From an uncultured Spirochaetota bacterium (GTDB taxonomy: Bacteria > Spirochaetota > Brevinematia > Brevinematales > JAOACQ01), in the NCBI GenBank assembly GCA_963768055.1, contig CAVYGN010000001.1:192001-256000 (forward strand): DNA of 64,000 nt, written 5' to 3'. Positions 48,348-57,975 of the stretch are shown here, in pieces. The notes under the pieces were generated by a model. That model saw nothing but the letters and a program-made list of their open reading frames with translations, had not been told where the DNA came from and did no database searches. Position numbers and translations under genes: made by a program. Numbering within the stretch: the stretch's first letter is position 1; each line of letters starts with the position of its first letter.

Positions 48348-49967
48348 ATGGAAAAAAGAATAAATGGCGACCTGGCCTCATCCGTTATTGCCGACTCGAG
48401 CATGGGTATATTGATCTTAACAAAAGAACTGAAATGCATATATGTTAATCCTGCAGTCGAAAAAATAACCGGGTACGCCCCTGAGACGCTAATAAATACC
48501 AAAGCATTGACAACGCTTTACAATGTTGATGAAAAATATAGAGATATTGAAAATATTTTTTTAAATATGAAGGATAAGGATGTAATCGAAAAGGATGTTA
48601 AAATAATCAAAAAAAGCGGCGATCCAGTCTCTATCAATATGTCGGGTTTTGGAACGAAGACAAGGGCAGGGGATTTTCTGATCATGATTATCCAGGACAT
48701 CTCGAACAAAAAGGTCGTTGAAAAAATGCTCGAATCGAGTATTGACGGCTTCATACAAACAACTATAAACCTCGATCAGGCAATAAAGACAATAAATGAA
48801 CAGAAAAATGCGCTTGATCTCTATAAAAAAAATATTGAGAGGGAGCTCGATATAGCCCGGTCAGTACAGAGAAACATAACTCCGGAAAATTTTTTTTCAA
48901 ACGATTTTGTCAGCATGTGGGGTGCTTCCATGCCAAGCACAGAACTCTCCGGGGATTATTTCGATTATTTTATGTTCGACACATCGAAACTTGGAGTAGT
49001 TATAGCGGATGTTTCAGGTCATGGGGTGCCTTCGGCTCTGATTACAACAATGATCAAGGTTTGTTTCGATCGTTATGCCAGGGAATATGTGGAAGTTGAA
49101 AATGTCTTCAAACTTGTAAATAAAGAGATTGTAAATATCCTCAGGGATACCGGTTTTTATCTGACCGCATTTTACAGTGTAATAGATCTTGATATTATGA
49201 CTATCTCATGTGCAAGCGCCGGCCATGACTCCGCCCTGTGCTATTATCCTGAAAATGATGAAGTGATCGAAATCGGTATAACCGGTAAGGGAAGCATTAT
49301 AGGATGTTTTGATAATGCGGAGTATGAGTCCCGCAAGTATAACCTTAAAAAAGGCTGCAAACTTATCTTTTTTACCGACGGCTTTACGGAGGCCCGTAAT
49401 AAGAACGGAGAATTTTTCGGGAAAAACCGCTTGAAAGAGTATTTAAAGGAAAACAACAAACTTCCAGCGAAGGATTTCGGCGAATCATTGATATGCCTTT
49501 TAGACAAATATTATGAAGGGGCTGAGCCGAACGACGATAGAACGCTTTTCATCATTGACATAATTAATGTTCCTGATTTAAATGCTATGCAGGGTGATAA
49601 AATAGAATCGATAATAGATACCGCTTTTAAAAACGGGCGTAAGTATATTAAAAATAAAGAATTTAATGCCGCTATCAATGAATTTCAAAAGGTAGTCGAT
49701 CTGGACAGCGGCAATTTCGGCGCTTATTCCTATCTGGGCCAAATCTTCGGAATTCTCAGGGACTTTAATAAGGCCGAGAAATTTCTTTCTAAATCAATTG
49801 AATTGAACAGCAGTTATATAGAGGGTTATTATTACATGGGAAGCTTATTGTATAATCAGAAGAGATTCACGGACGCTAAAGTTTACTGGATGAAATTGAA
49901 AAACATGGCTGATAATTTCAGGAATATCAACTACTATCTTAAAAAAATCGATCAGATGAATATCTAG
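48348..49967 (+). CDS. PAS-SpoIIE(PP2C)-TPR phosphatase
   Basis: SGDYFD, ADVSGHG, SAGH, FTDGFTE, DDRT; C-terminal TPRs. Confidence 0.9.
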   Translation: MEKRINGDLASSVIADSSMGILILTKELKCIYVNPAVEKITGYAPETLINTKALTTLYNVDEKYRDIENIFLNMKDKDVIEKDVKIIKKSGDPVSINMSGFGTKTRAGDFLIMIIQDISNKKVVEKMLESSIDGFIQTTINLDQAIKTINEQKNALDLYKKNIERELDIARSVQRNITPENFFSNDFVSMWGASMPSTELSGDYFDYFMFDTSKLGVVIADVSGHGVPSALITTMIKVCFDRYAREYVEVENVFKLVNKEIVNILRDTGFYLTAFYSVIDLDIMTISCASAGHDSALCYYPENDEVIEIGITGKGSIIGCFDNAEYESRKYNLKKGCKLIFFTDGFTEARNKNGEFFGKNRLKEYLKENNKLPAKDFGESLICLLDKYYEGAEPNDDRTLFIIDIINVPDLNAMQGDKIESIIDTAFKNGRKYIKNKEFNAAINEFQKVVDLDSGNFGAYSYLGQIFGILRDFNKAEKFLSKSIELNSSYIEGYYYMGSLLYNQKRFTDAKVYWMKLKNMADNFRNINYYLKKIDQMNI

Positions 49968-50124
49968 GGCCGTTCAAACAATAAAAAATTGTGTATTGTT
50001 TTGAATCCGGCGGAAAAGGGGATGCTCTGAGAGATCTCTCCGTTTCTCTGTGCCTCCGTGTAAAATTTGACACGACCGTTATGATGAATTATATTTTATC
50101 CGGTCTAACCGGCGGAGGTGATTT

Positions 50125-50280
50125 ATGAAAGTGAAAGATCCGGTATGCGGAATGGAATTTGAAAAATTTGAAGCACAGGCCGAATTCGAGATCGAGGACA
50201 AGGATTTCTATTTCTGTTCAACGGAATGCAGGGATGAATTTTGCAAAAACCCGAAGAAGTACATGAAGGCTGCGGTATAA
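50125..50280 (+). CDS. YHS-domain small metal-binding protein (51 aa)
   Basis: GGAGGTG RBS; MKVKDPVCGM...FYFCSTECRDEF.KNPKKY; upstream TTGACA-17-TATATT; below the ORF-track cutoff. Confidence 0.85.
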   Translation: MKVKDPVCGMEFEKFEAQAEFEIEDKDFYFCSTECRDEFCKNPKKYMKAAV

Positions 50281-50282
50281 AA

Positions 50283-50630
50283 TTATTTTTTATTTGTCAG
50301 CAGCAGGCTTTCATATTCCGACTTTATTTCTTTATTTTGCGGATAATCTTTAGGAATGATCTGCAGTGCCATCCGGAGCATATTAAGGTTGGGCTCCTGT
50401 CTGCACCATTTAGCGATATCTCCGGCTAAAATACAAGAGTATTTACTATTATGATATTTATTAAAAAAAACCGATGCGTCTTTTAATGACATAGATGATA
50501 AAACCCTTTCATATTCTTTTTTATCCTGCTCGAATAAGGTTAAATAAAGAACAATTGAAAACAAAATAAATAAAAAGATCGCTGAAAAAACCAAACGGCT
50601 TCTCTTGATCTTTGGATTATTTTTATCCAT
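50283..50630 (-). CDS. Small single-TM hypothetical protein (start uncertain)
   Basis: One hydrophobic helix; co-oriented downstream of the lipoprotein gene. Confidence 0.5.
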   Translation of the reverse strand: MDKNNPKIKRSRLVFSAIFLFILFSIVLYLTLFEQDKKEYERVLSSMSLKDASVFFNKYHNSKYSCILAGDIAKWCRQEPNLNMLRMALQIIPKDYPQNKEIKSEYESLLLTNKK

Positions 50631-50698
50631 GCAGTCCATTCCAAAAAAGCTTATATGGCCCCTTCGAGCCTTTATCGAGAAGGCCATATAATAAAGTT

Positions 50699-51169
50699 TT
50701 ACTTGAAAATATCTTCTTTAGATACAAGCTTGCAGGTTGTGATTTCCGGATATGCCCTATCCTGTAAAACCTCTTCCAGAGTCGGCCTTCCGATCCAAAC
50801 GCCCATCGATATCGATATATAAACATAGTAAGATTCGCCCTCTTTCACATCCATGAGTATTGAGCTCTCTGCCTCCGAGGCCATCTTCGACCAGAAACGG
50901 TATTTGCCGGGAGTGACGATAAGAGGATAGTAATAACCGTTTTCGATTTTTACGAATTCTTCTGTACTATCGTTTTCTTTTATACCCGCATCAACGGAGT
51001 GACCAAACATAGACCAGGGCCTGTAAAAATAAACAACAGCCTTCCCGGTTTCAATCGGGGTCGCTTTTATAAAAGCCGGCCCTGTTGCGGGCATGCCGCA
51101 GCTGTTTAGAATAAAAAATACCGCGGTAATTGTCATAAGCAGGATTATCGATTGGAATTTTTTTAACAT
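50699..51169 (-). CDS. DUF2846-like lipoprotein
   Basis: Lipobox LNSC; GKAVVYFYRP...NGYY...PGKY...GESYYV pattern; AGGAGG RBS. Confidence 0.7.
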   Translation of the reverse strand: MLKKFQSIILLMTITAVFFILNSCGMPATGPAFIKATPIETGKAVVYFYRPWSMFGHSVDAGIKENDSTEEFVKIENGYYYPLIVTPGKYRFWSKMASEAESSILMDVKEGESYYVYISISMGVWIGRPTLEEVLQDRAYPEITTCKLVSKEDIFK

Positions 51170-51367
51170 AAAACCTCCTATAATAAAATTAAATAAAATA
51201 ATTTTCTTCTTTAAAATATATACATATTACAACAGTCGTAGTATTGTAATAAAGTCATGAAAAAATTTCAAATAAATAAATTTATGTTAAAAAATATATT
51301 GATATTTATAATATATAAATTATAATGTCTAAGCTATTAGAAGGATATTTAACGGTAGGAGGATTTT

Positions 51368-51982
51368 ATGCAGTTCAGACCTTTTGAGAATGGGATCGAA
51401 GTGAACGGGCAGACTGTATTTTCAGTCGTGGACGGGCTTGGGCATTTCAAAAGTATCGCTAAAAACGTTCTTTTATCGGTAGGGATCGGTACTGAGGAAA
51501 ATGGGGAGTACAAGATAAACATGGAAGGATGGTACTCTCATGACAACTGGCTGAAAGCGTTCGAGAAAATAGCAAAAGAGATCGGAGATTTTACATTAAA
51601 GCAGATAGGCTTGAAAATTCCAGAAAACGCCAAATTTCCACCCTGGGTTAAAGACATCGACAGCGCTATTCAATCTATAGATATCGCATATCACATGAAC
51701 CACAGGAAAGAGGGCCTGGTCCTGTTCGATGTTAACACGGGAGTAATGAGAGAGGGGATCGGGCACTACGGTTACCAGAAGATCCCGGACCAGAATATGA
51801 TTATCAGCGAGTGCAAGAATCCTTATCCCTGCGCCTTCGATGAGGGGATCATAACTACAATGGCGAAAAAATTCGAGATTTCTGCCAGTGTTTCCCATGA
51901 CGACTCAAAGCCCTGCAGGAAAAACGGGGCCGACAGCTGCACATACATTATAACCTGGCGTCCCTCGGTGAGCATGGCTTAA
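51368..51982 (+). CDS. Conserved hypothetical protein with V4R-like C-terminus
   Basis: NPYPCAFDEGII...CRKNGADSCTY; AGGAGG RBS. Confidence 0.6.
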   Translation: MQFRPFENGIEVNGQTVFSVVDGLGHFKSIAKNVLLSVGIGTEENGEYKINMEGWYSHDNWLKAFEKIAKEIGDFTLKQIGLKIPENAKFPPWVKDIDSAIQSIDIAYHMNHRKEGLVLFDVNTGVMREGIGHYGYQKIPDQNMIISECKNPYPCAFDEGIITTMAKKFEISASVSHDDSKPCRKNGADSCTYIITWRPSVSMA

Positions 51983-51994
51983 AATTTCATAAGC

Positions 51995-52780
51995 CTAGGC
52001 CTGGTCCGCAAAGCTCCACCAGGAAAACGTTCCGAATAAACCGGCGGCGACCGCGGCGGAATAAATGATGTAACTTACAGTTCCCAGCCGGGCGTTTTCC
52101 GGACCGGCTATTCCTATGTAATATGCAGGGATGGCCCAGGGAAAATACTGGCCGTAACCCATCACCGATGATAAATTTGTTAAAGCGATGGTCAATATCA
52201 GGAAACCGATGGGGGGCAGAAAACCGCGCCCGGCGCTTGCAAAAAAAGCTACCGGCGTAATAAGAAGGATGATCATTGAACTTCCTGCCGCATAATCGGC
52301 AATCCATCCTACTAAAACTACGGGGTTCCAGCCCGGTAAAGAGAGCAATTGCCCTGTCAACAGCCAGAAGGGAAATATTATAGCCGCCAGTAGCAGGCAC
52401 CATATTGACGCCGCGATAAATTTTGACAGTACGATCGTATGCCGGGCGACAGGCAGAGCCAGAAGATCCTTTACGGTATGATCCGAATATTCCCTGCCGA
52501 ATATCCAGATCGTAACAAAACCGAAGCCGAGCAAACCCGCTATTGCCGTTACCTGTACAAGCATCATGTGATAATTCATCCAATCTGCTTTTCCAGCCGT
52601 AATTGCCGCTTTTGTTCCTATCAGGCCGTATTTCTTCGCGGATTCCGGATCTTTCATAATAAACATCATAAAACCGACAGCCAGTATAACAAAGAGCATA
52701 AACAGGATGGATACCCAGAAAATTTTAGATTTCAGTATTTTGAGGGCCTCCGCCCAGAGAGAAGCGGTCAAGCCTTTCAT
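51995..52780 (-). CDS. ABC-2 type permease (BcrB/lantibiotic-immunity-like)
   Basis: 6 TM helices; FGREYSDHTVKDLL and YFPWAIP motifs. Confidence 0.85.
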   Translation of the reverse strand: MKGLTASLWAEALKILKSKIFWVSILFMLFVILAVGFMMFIMKDPESAKKYGLIGTKAAITAGKADWMNYHMMLVQVTAIAGLLGFGFVTIWIFGREYSDHTVKDLLALPVARHTIVLSKFIAASIWCLLLAAIIFPFWLLTGQLLSLPGWNPVVLVGWIADYAAGSSMIILLITPVAFFASAGRGFLPPIGFLILTIALTNLSSVMGYGQYFPWAIPAYYIGIAGPENARLGTVSYIIYSAAVAAGLFGTFSWWSFADQA

Positions 52781-53712
52781 TGTATGCCTCCGTTCATCCC
52801 GACGGTCATTCCGACCGTCCTTAGAAAATAGGTTTCCAGGTCTTCTTCTTCGAGTTTCAGCATTACGGGAGGGCATCCGGCATGAACTAAAAGTTCGGAA
52901 ATCATTTCAGGATGGCTTAAAGCCTTTCCGCCTTTCAATTCAAGAACGCCATCCTCATTTAATTGAAAAGAATGCCCCTCCTTTTCCAGTGCCGCACCTG
53001 CCGCGTTTATATCAAGGGCCTTTATGAAAAGGCTCCTGCGCCTGTACAGGTCGAGCTTATCCGTGTCTACTTCCTGTATTATGCGTCCTTTATGGATGAT
53101 CCCGATCCGTGTAGCAAATTTCGATATCTCCCCCAGTATATGGCTTGATATAAAAATAGTCGTTCCATGGTTATGAGAAAGGTCTATCATCAGTTCCCGT
53201 ATTTCGGCAATTCCGGCCGGGTCAAGGCCGTTGGCCGGTTCGTCAAGGATCAAAATACCGGGATTGTGGATCATCGCTTTGGCGAGGCCCAGGCGCTGGG
53301 CATTTCCCAGAGATAGGTTTTTCGCCTTTCTATTCCGATACTGGACAAGCCGGAGTTTTTCCATGACCTGATCGACGCTTTCCCGGCTTTTTAAAAAACG
53401 GAGCCTGCGGACAATTTCAAGGTTTTCATAAACAGTAAGGTCAGGATATGAAAATGGGATCTCCACAAGGTATCCCGTATCCTTCCATAATGAAGTATCG
53501 CCCGCTCTGACCGGCTTGCCCTTAATATAAACAGCTCCCGAAGAGGGGCTTATCATACCCAGAAGCATCCTGATGGTCGTTGTTTTCCCGGCGCCGTTCA
53601 ACCCCAGAAAGCCGTATATTTCACCCTTTCTGACGCTGATGGATATATCATCCACAGCGGGTACCCTGCCGAAATTCTTCGACAGGCTGTCTGTTTTGAT
53701 AATCTCTTCCAT
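52777..53712 (-). CDS. ABC ATP-binding protein (BcrA-like)
   Basis: GLNGAGKT, LSLGNAQR, DEPANGLD. Confidence 0.92.
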   Translation of the reverse strand: MEEIIKTDSLSKNFGRVPAVDDISISVRKGEIYGFLGLNGAGKTTTIRMLLGMISPSSGAVYIKGKPVRAGDTSLWKDTGYLVEIPFSYPDLTVYENLEIVRRLRFLKSRESVDQVMEKLRLVQYRNRKAKNLSLGNAQRLGLAKAMIHNPGILILDEPANGLDPAGIAEIRELMIDLSHNHGTTIFISSHILGEISKFATRIGIIHKGRIIQEVDTDKLDLYRRRSLFIKALDINAAGAALEKEGHSFQLNEDGVLELKGGKALSHPEMISELLVHAGCPPVMLKLEEEDLETYFLRTVGMTVGMNGGIQ

Positions 53713-53729
53713 GTATATTAAACGCTCCT

Positions 53730-53946
53730 TTAGTCCGCTATAATAAGATAGCCGGCAAGCATATCGATTAAAAGCTCCTTTGTTCCTTCAAAGTCAATTT
53801 TTCCGATATCCTCGTGATGCATAATAAAATAAAACAGCGACAAAAAAAGACCGCTCAGGGCTTTCAGGTCAATCCTCCTGATCCAGCCCTTTTCCATCCA
53901 TGGGGTAAACAGCTTCGCTAAATCTCCGAAATTGCTATCCGCCGTT
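53730..53946 (-). pseudogene. 3' remnant of a probable TetR-family regulator
   Basis: WMEKGWIR...ELLIDMLA resembles TetR C-termini; position upstream of the bcrAB-like genes; no HTH. Confidence 0.45.
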
Positions 53947-54047
53947 TCAATCGAAGGTAAGGGTTTCCTGATCACGGAGTTTACGAACCCGTAGGTAATC
54001 CAGCCGTTGCCGCCGAAACCGTATTGTCGAATTTAGCCCCCAGGGGA
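53947..54047 (-). pseudogene. Collapsed remnant of a second C1 peptidase gene
   Basis: Encodes PLGAKFDNT joined to GWITYGFVNSVIR..LTFD*, matching the N- and C-terminal parts of 55351-56253. Confidence 0.75.
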
Positions 54048-55319
54048 TCAATGGGTCATTACTGACAGGCGGCCGCTGTAACCCCCGTCGGAAAAAGCGA
54101 CGTACGGGGTAGTGCCACAGACCGCCAGGGATGCGTAAGCCGAACCCCCCCATGAAAAATCCGGAAGGCCTACAGCCTGCCATGAAGATCCCGAATATTC
54201 CATTACGGTGACGCTGTTGACGGTCTGGCCGTTCGCGCTGTTTAGATTCATCTCGTCGATAAAACCTATGAAGGTATTGCCGGCGCTGTCGAAAGCCAGG
54301 CTGACGCTGTTGGCATAGGAGTTGTATATTGGACAGTTGCCTATGTAACACCACAGTCTGTTATTAAGCACTGAAACGCCGCCCCAGACAATTTCGTTTA
54401 AAGCCGCGTAAAGGTATCCGTCTTTGGCATTTACGGCTATAGCAGGGTACTGGGCCTGGTTATGGCCTATAGAAATAATGAATTCGGAACTCCATGAGGA
54501 AGAGGCGGTATTGCTTACAATAGCCGCGGGAAGGGTGGCAACGCTTAAATCGTAATATGCTACATATATATTGCCGCCGCCGTCTATGGCCATCGAAGTG
54601 TAAGCCGCCGCTCCGGGAGTTACGCCTGTTCCGATGGAAGACCATGAAGTGCCCGATCCGGAATACTTCATCACGGTTGCCTTGCCGCTGTTGGCCCCGT
54701 CACTGTAAACGATATAGGGTGTATTATTTTTATCGAGTTTGATGCAGGTATAGGCAGCCTTTCCAGCGGAGACCGTACCAATAGAAGACCAGGTGGTTGG
54801 GGTGCTGATATTGCATTGCATTACCGTGGCCTTGCCGCCGCTGGCGTAATCCTCGTAAACCACGTAAAGAATATTGGGAGTTGCGTTAGTGTCGATCGCG
54901 AGCGACACCCAGTCGGCCTGGCCCGCCGATATACCGGCGCTGTAGGTGCTCCCGCCTGCATACGACCAGCTTCCGCTGCTATATTCCATGACCAGCAGCT
55001 TTCCGCCTATGCTCGAATCCGAGAAGGCCGCGTAAAGATTGCCGGAGACGTCAAATGCGGCCGAAGTATATTTCGCCCTTCCGGGGGAAAAACCGGGCGC
55101 GCCGACATAGTTCCAGCCTGAATTCACAGGAGGCGTCCAGGGCGTTATCACAGTCGGGGTAGGATTGTAGCCGGAACTTGAACTGGAACTCGAGGATGAA
55201 CTCGAACTCGATCTTAAACTCGAACCTCCTTGATCCGATCCGGAACCCGGGGAATTCGAGCAGGAAAACATGAAAAACAAAAGTATAAAGACCGATAATG
55301 GGTAATTAGCAGTCCCCAT
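54048..55319 (-). CDS. Ser-rich-linker lipoprotein with beta-propeller-like repeats
   Basis: Lipobox FMFSC, poly-Ser linker, repeated W..VG...S.A.D....Y.AYSD...K..VM.Y units; GGAGG RBS. Confidence 0.75.
   Translation of the reverse strand: MGTANYPLSVFILLFFMFSCSNSPGSGSDQGGSSLRSSSSSSSSSSSSSGYNPTPTVITPWTPPVNSGWNYVGAPGFSPGRAKYTSAAFDVSGNLYAAFSDSSIGGKLLVMEYSSGSWSYAGGSTYSAGISAGQADWVSLAIDTNATPNILYVVYEDYASGGKATVMQCNISTPTTWSSIGTVSAGKAAYTCIKLDKNNTPYIVYSDGANSGKATVMKYSGSGTSWSSIGTGVTPGAAAYTSMAIDGGGNIYVAYYDLSVATLPAAIVSNTASSSWSSEFIISIGHNQAQYPAIAVNAKDGYLYAALNEIVWGGVSVLNNRLWCYIGNCPIYNSYANSVSLAFDSAGNTFIGFIDEMNLNSANGQTVNSVTVMEYSGSSWQAVGLPDFSWGGSAYASLAVCGTTPYVAFSDGGYSGRLSVMTH
54703..55148. repeat. Near-identical ~446-bp block, copy 1 (copy 2 at 56929-57374)
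   Basis: Direct comparison shows only about 2 substitutions. Confidence 0.9.
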
Positions 55320-55350
55320 CAAACCCTCCGCAGCGGTCATGCCGGAATTT

Positions 55351-56253
55351 TCAATTGAAGGTAAGGGCTTCCCTGATCACGGAATTTAAAAAGTTATAGC
55401 TTATCCAACCGTAGCCGCTTATGCCGTAGCCTGTAGTCCACGAGTTTACGAACTTGAACGCCCCTAGCGAATCGTCATAGCCTACGAGGCAGACGGCATG
55501 CCCGCCCCTGAAATAGCTGTATACATTGTAATAAGTTATCCCGCCTACAACTATCGTGGCGTTATTATAGGCGTTTGTCGTATCGTAAACCGGGTTTGAA
55601 GAGCTCAGGAGGTCGAAATCAGGCGTGTAGACCATAAAAGCTATCACGACCGGAGTCCCCGCCGCGAGGAGAGTTTTGATAGTGCCGGCGTCCTGGTTAA
55701 CGAACTCCCAGCCCATCTGGGGGTATTTGCCTGCCGTTGTTTTCGGAATTTGGGACCAGCTCGAATTATCGTAAGGAAAATCGTATAAATCGAAATGGTC
55801 GCGGGTGTCGCAGCCGTTAAGCATTATCAGGCTGAAGGCGTCGGAGGGGAAGGAGCCGTTGTCATAGCCCGTATTTATCTGGTAATAAAGCCAGGAAGGA
55901 GAAAACTCGTCCGCCAAAAGGGTAGGGTCCCAACCTTTTGCAACCGTCTCTATATAGGTTAAAAGGTAATAAGCCGTGGCCCAGGCGACGCAGTCCCCGT
56001 TATTTCCCTGGTCTCCGACCGGGGGCATATTGGCCGAGAGGTCGACGCTTGCCGGAAGCGTCCCCGGGGCTTTCAATGTCAGTTTTTTGGCAGCAAAAGA
56101 CGCCGAAGCGGTGTTGTCGAATTTGGCACCCAGGGGGTGCAGGCCCGATAATGTTTTATTGGACGGCCCGCTGTTGTCCGATGGGGAAAACGCCGAACAG
56201 GAAGCCAGGATTACAAAGAAGGCCGGTAAAATGCATTTAAATATGATTTTCAT
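55351..56253 (-). CDS. Papain-like C1 cysteine peptidase lipoprotein
   Basis: Lipobox LASC; QG..GDCVAWA, GGHAVCLVGYDD, NSW. Confidence 0.9.
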   Translation of the reverse strand: MKIIFKCILPAFFVILASCSAFSPSDNSGPSNKTLSGLHPLGAKFDNTASASFAAKKLTLKAPGTLPASVDLSANMPPVGDQGNNGDCVAWATAYYLLTYIETVAKGWDPTLLADEFSPSWLYYQINTGYDNGSFPSDAFSLIMLNGCDTRDHFDLYDFPYDNSSWSQIPKTTAGKYPQMGWEFVNQDAGTIKTLLAAGTPVVIAFMVYTPDFDLLSSSNPVYDTTNAYNNATIVVGGITYYNVYSYFRGGHAVCLVGYDDSLGAFKFVNSWTTGYGISGYGWISYNFLNSVIREALTFN

Positions 56254-56270
56254 AATAACCTCTAAATTTA

Positions 56271-57536
56271 TCAGTGGGACATTACTGACAGGCGGCCGCC
56301 GCAGCCCCCGTCCGAAAAGGCGACGTACGGGGTATTTTTATAAACCGCCAGGGAGGCGTAAGCCGAACCACCCCATGAAAAATCGGGAAGGCCTACAGCC
56401 TGCCATACTCCTAATCCGCCCGAAAACTTCATAACGGTGACGCTGTTGACGGTTTTACCGTCGGAGCTCCCGGTGTTCACCTCGTCGATAAAACCTACGT
56501 AAGTGTTATTGTAGCTGTCCCAATCAAGGCTGATGCTGTCCGCTTCGGTATAGTACGCGGGCAGGCTGACGCTGATATAGGACCACGAGCCAAGACCGTA
56601 ATTCTGCACCGTGACACCCCCCAGAAAAAGTTCGCTTAAAGCAATGTAAACTAGGCCGTCATGGGCATTCAGGGCTAAAGCGGGGTATTGGGCCTGGGTA
56701 TTGTCATATGAAACAGGAGTTTCGGCGCTCCACACAGCGCCGTTATAACTTACAACAGCCGCTATGAGGTTGTTGGCCAGATCGCAATAGGCCACAAATA
56801 TATTGCCGCTCCCGTCTATCGCCATCGTAGTGTAAGACGCCGCTCCGGGAGTTATGCCTGTCCCGACTGCCGACCAGATTCCTCCGGAATGCTTCATAAC
56901 GGTGGCCTTGCCGCCGTTGGCCCCATCGCTGTAAACGATATAGGGTGTATTATTTTTATCGAGTTTGATGCAGGTATAGGCAGCCTTTCCAGCGGAGACC
57001 GTACCAATAGAAGACCAGATGGTTGGGGTGCTGATATTGCATTGCATTACCGTGGCCTTGCCGCCGTTGGCGTAATCCTCGTAAACCACGTAAAGAATAT
57101 TGGGAGTTGCGTTAGTGTCGATCGCGAGCGACACCCAGTCGGCCTGGCCCGCCGATATACCGGCGCTGTAGGTGCTCCCGCCTGCATACGACCAGCTTCC
57201 GCTGCTATATTCCATGACCAGCAGCTTTCCGCCTATGCTCGAATCCGAGAAGGCCGCGTAAAGATTGCCGGAGACGTCAAATGCGGCCGAAGTATATTTC
57301 GCCCTTCCGGGGGAAAAACCGGGCGCGCCGACATAGTTCCAGCCTGAATTCACAGGAGGCGTCCAGGGCGTTATTATAGTCGGGGCCGGATTGTAGCCTG
57401 AACCGGAGCTCGAGGATGAACTTGACCTTGAACTCGAACCGAAACCCGAGCCGGGCCCCGCACCCGGCGACTGCGGGCATGAATAAAAAATCAATAAAAT
57501 TATAAGGATTGAACAAAGATTAATTACACGGCGCAT
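56271..57536 (-). CDS. Ser-rich-linker lipoprotein with beta-propeller-like repeats (paralog)
   Basis: Lipobox IFYSC; same repeat units as 54048-55319; AAAGGAGG RBS. Confidence 0.75.
   Translation of the reverse strand: MRRVINLCSILIILLIFYSCPQSPGAGPGSGFGSSSRSSSSSSSGSGYNPAPTIITPWTPPVNSGWNYVGAPGFSPGRAKYTSAAFDVSGNLYAAFSDSSIGGKLLVMEYSSGSWSYAGGSTYSAGISAGQADWVSLAIDTNATPNILYVVYEDYANGGKATVMQCNISTPTIWSSIGTVSAGKAAYTCIKLDKNNTPYIVYSDGANGGKATVMKHSGGIWSAVGTGITPGAASYTTMAIDGSGNIFVAYCDLANNLIAAVVSYNGAVWSAETPVSYDNTQAQYPALALNAHDGLVYIALSELFLGGVTVQNYGLGSWSYISVSLPAYYTEADSISLDWDSYNNTYVGFIDEVNTGSSDGKTVNSVTVMKFSGGLGVWQAVGLPDFSWGGSAYASLAVYKNTPYVAFSDGGCGGRLSVMSH
56929..57374. repeat. Near-identical ~446-bp block, copy 2
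   Basis: Matches 54703-55148 at offset 2226. Confidence 0.9.
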
Positions 57537-57619
57537 TATGCCTCCTTTGATCGTTATTATCATGAAACAATATATAAATTATACGTTGTTTTAACAAAAA
57601 AGATGAAATTTTGACTGAA

Positions 57620-57892
57620 TTATTTTAATGAAGCGTATGTAACCTCAATCTTTATATCATGCCCTTCCGGAAGGATCACATAACCTTCCTTAGGATTGAA
57701 GTTCGGCCAGTCTTTGCCGCCGATAGCAACGCTTTTTATAACAATATGGGGGTCTTCAGTCAGCATTACGTAATGCCTCTCGCCCGCTTTCGCGGAGCCT
57801 ATCCTGAAATAAAGCGATGGCTCCTTTTTTTCCACGTAAAGGCTGAGGTAAAGATAATTGAAAAGGGCATGTTCCATGGTGCGGTAAGCGGA
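57620..57892 (-). pseudogene. 3' remnant of an AGE-family epimerase paralog
   Basis: MEHALFNYLYLSLYVEKKEPSLYFRIGSAKAGERHYVMLTED is identical to the C-terminus of 19513-21003. Confidence 0.85.
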
Positions 57893-57975
57893 TTATATTT
57901 GAAATTTTCAATTCAAACATTCTAACATTAAATCGCCTTTTATAATAAACAGGAAAGGAGCCGGACGATAAGGCA

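Noticed and set aside
51995..53712. BcrAB-like ABC as immunity for the poly-Tyr RiPP
   Set aside because: Over 10 kb away, separated by an unrelated signalling island; no evidence of linkage.
53947..54354. 135-aa minus-strand ORF
   Set aside because: Alternative frame of the lipoprotein gene ending in the peptidase remnant.
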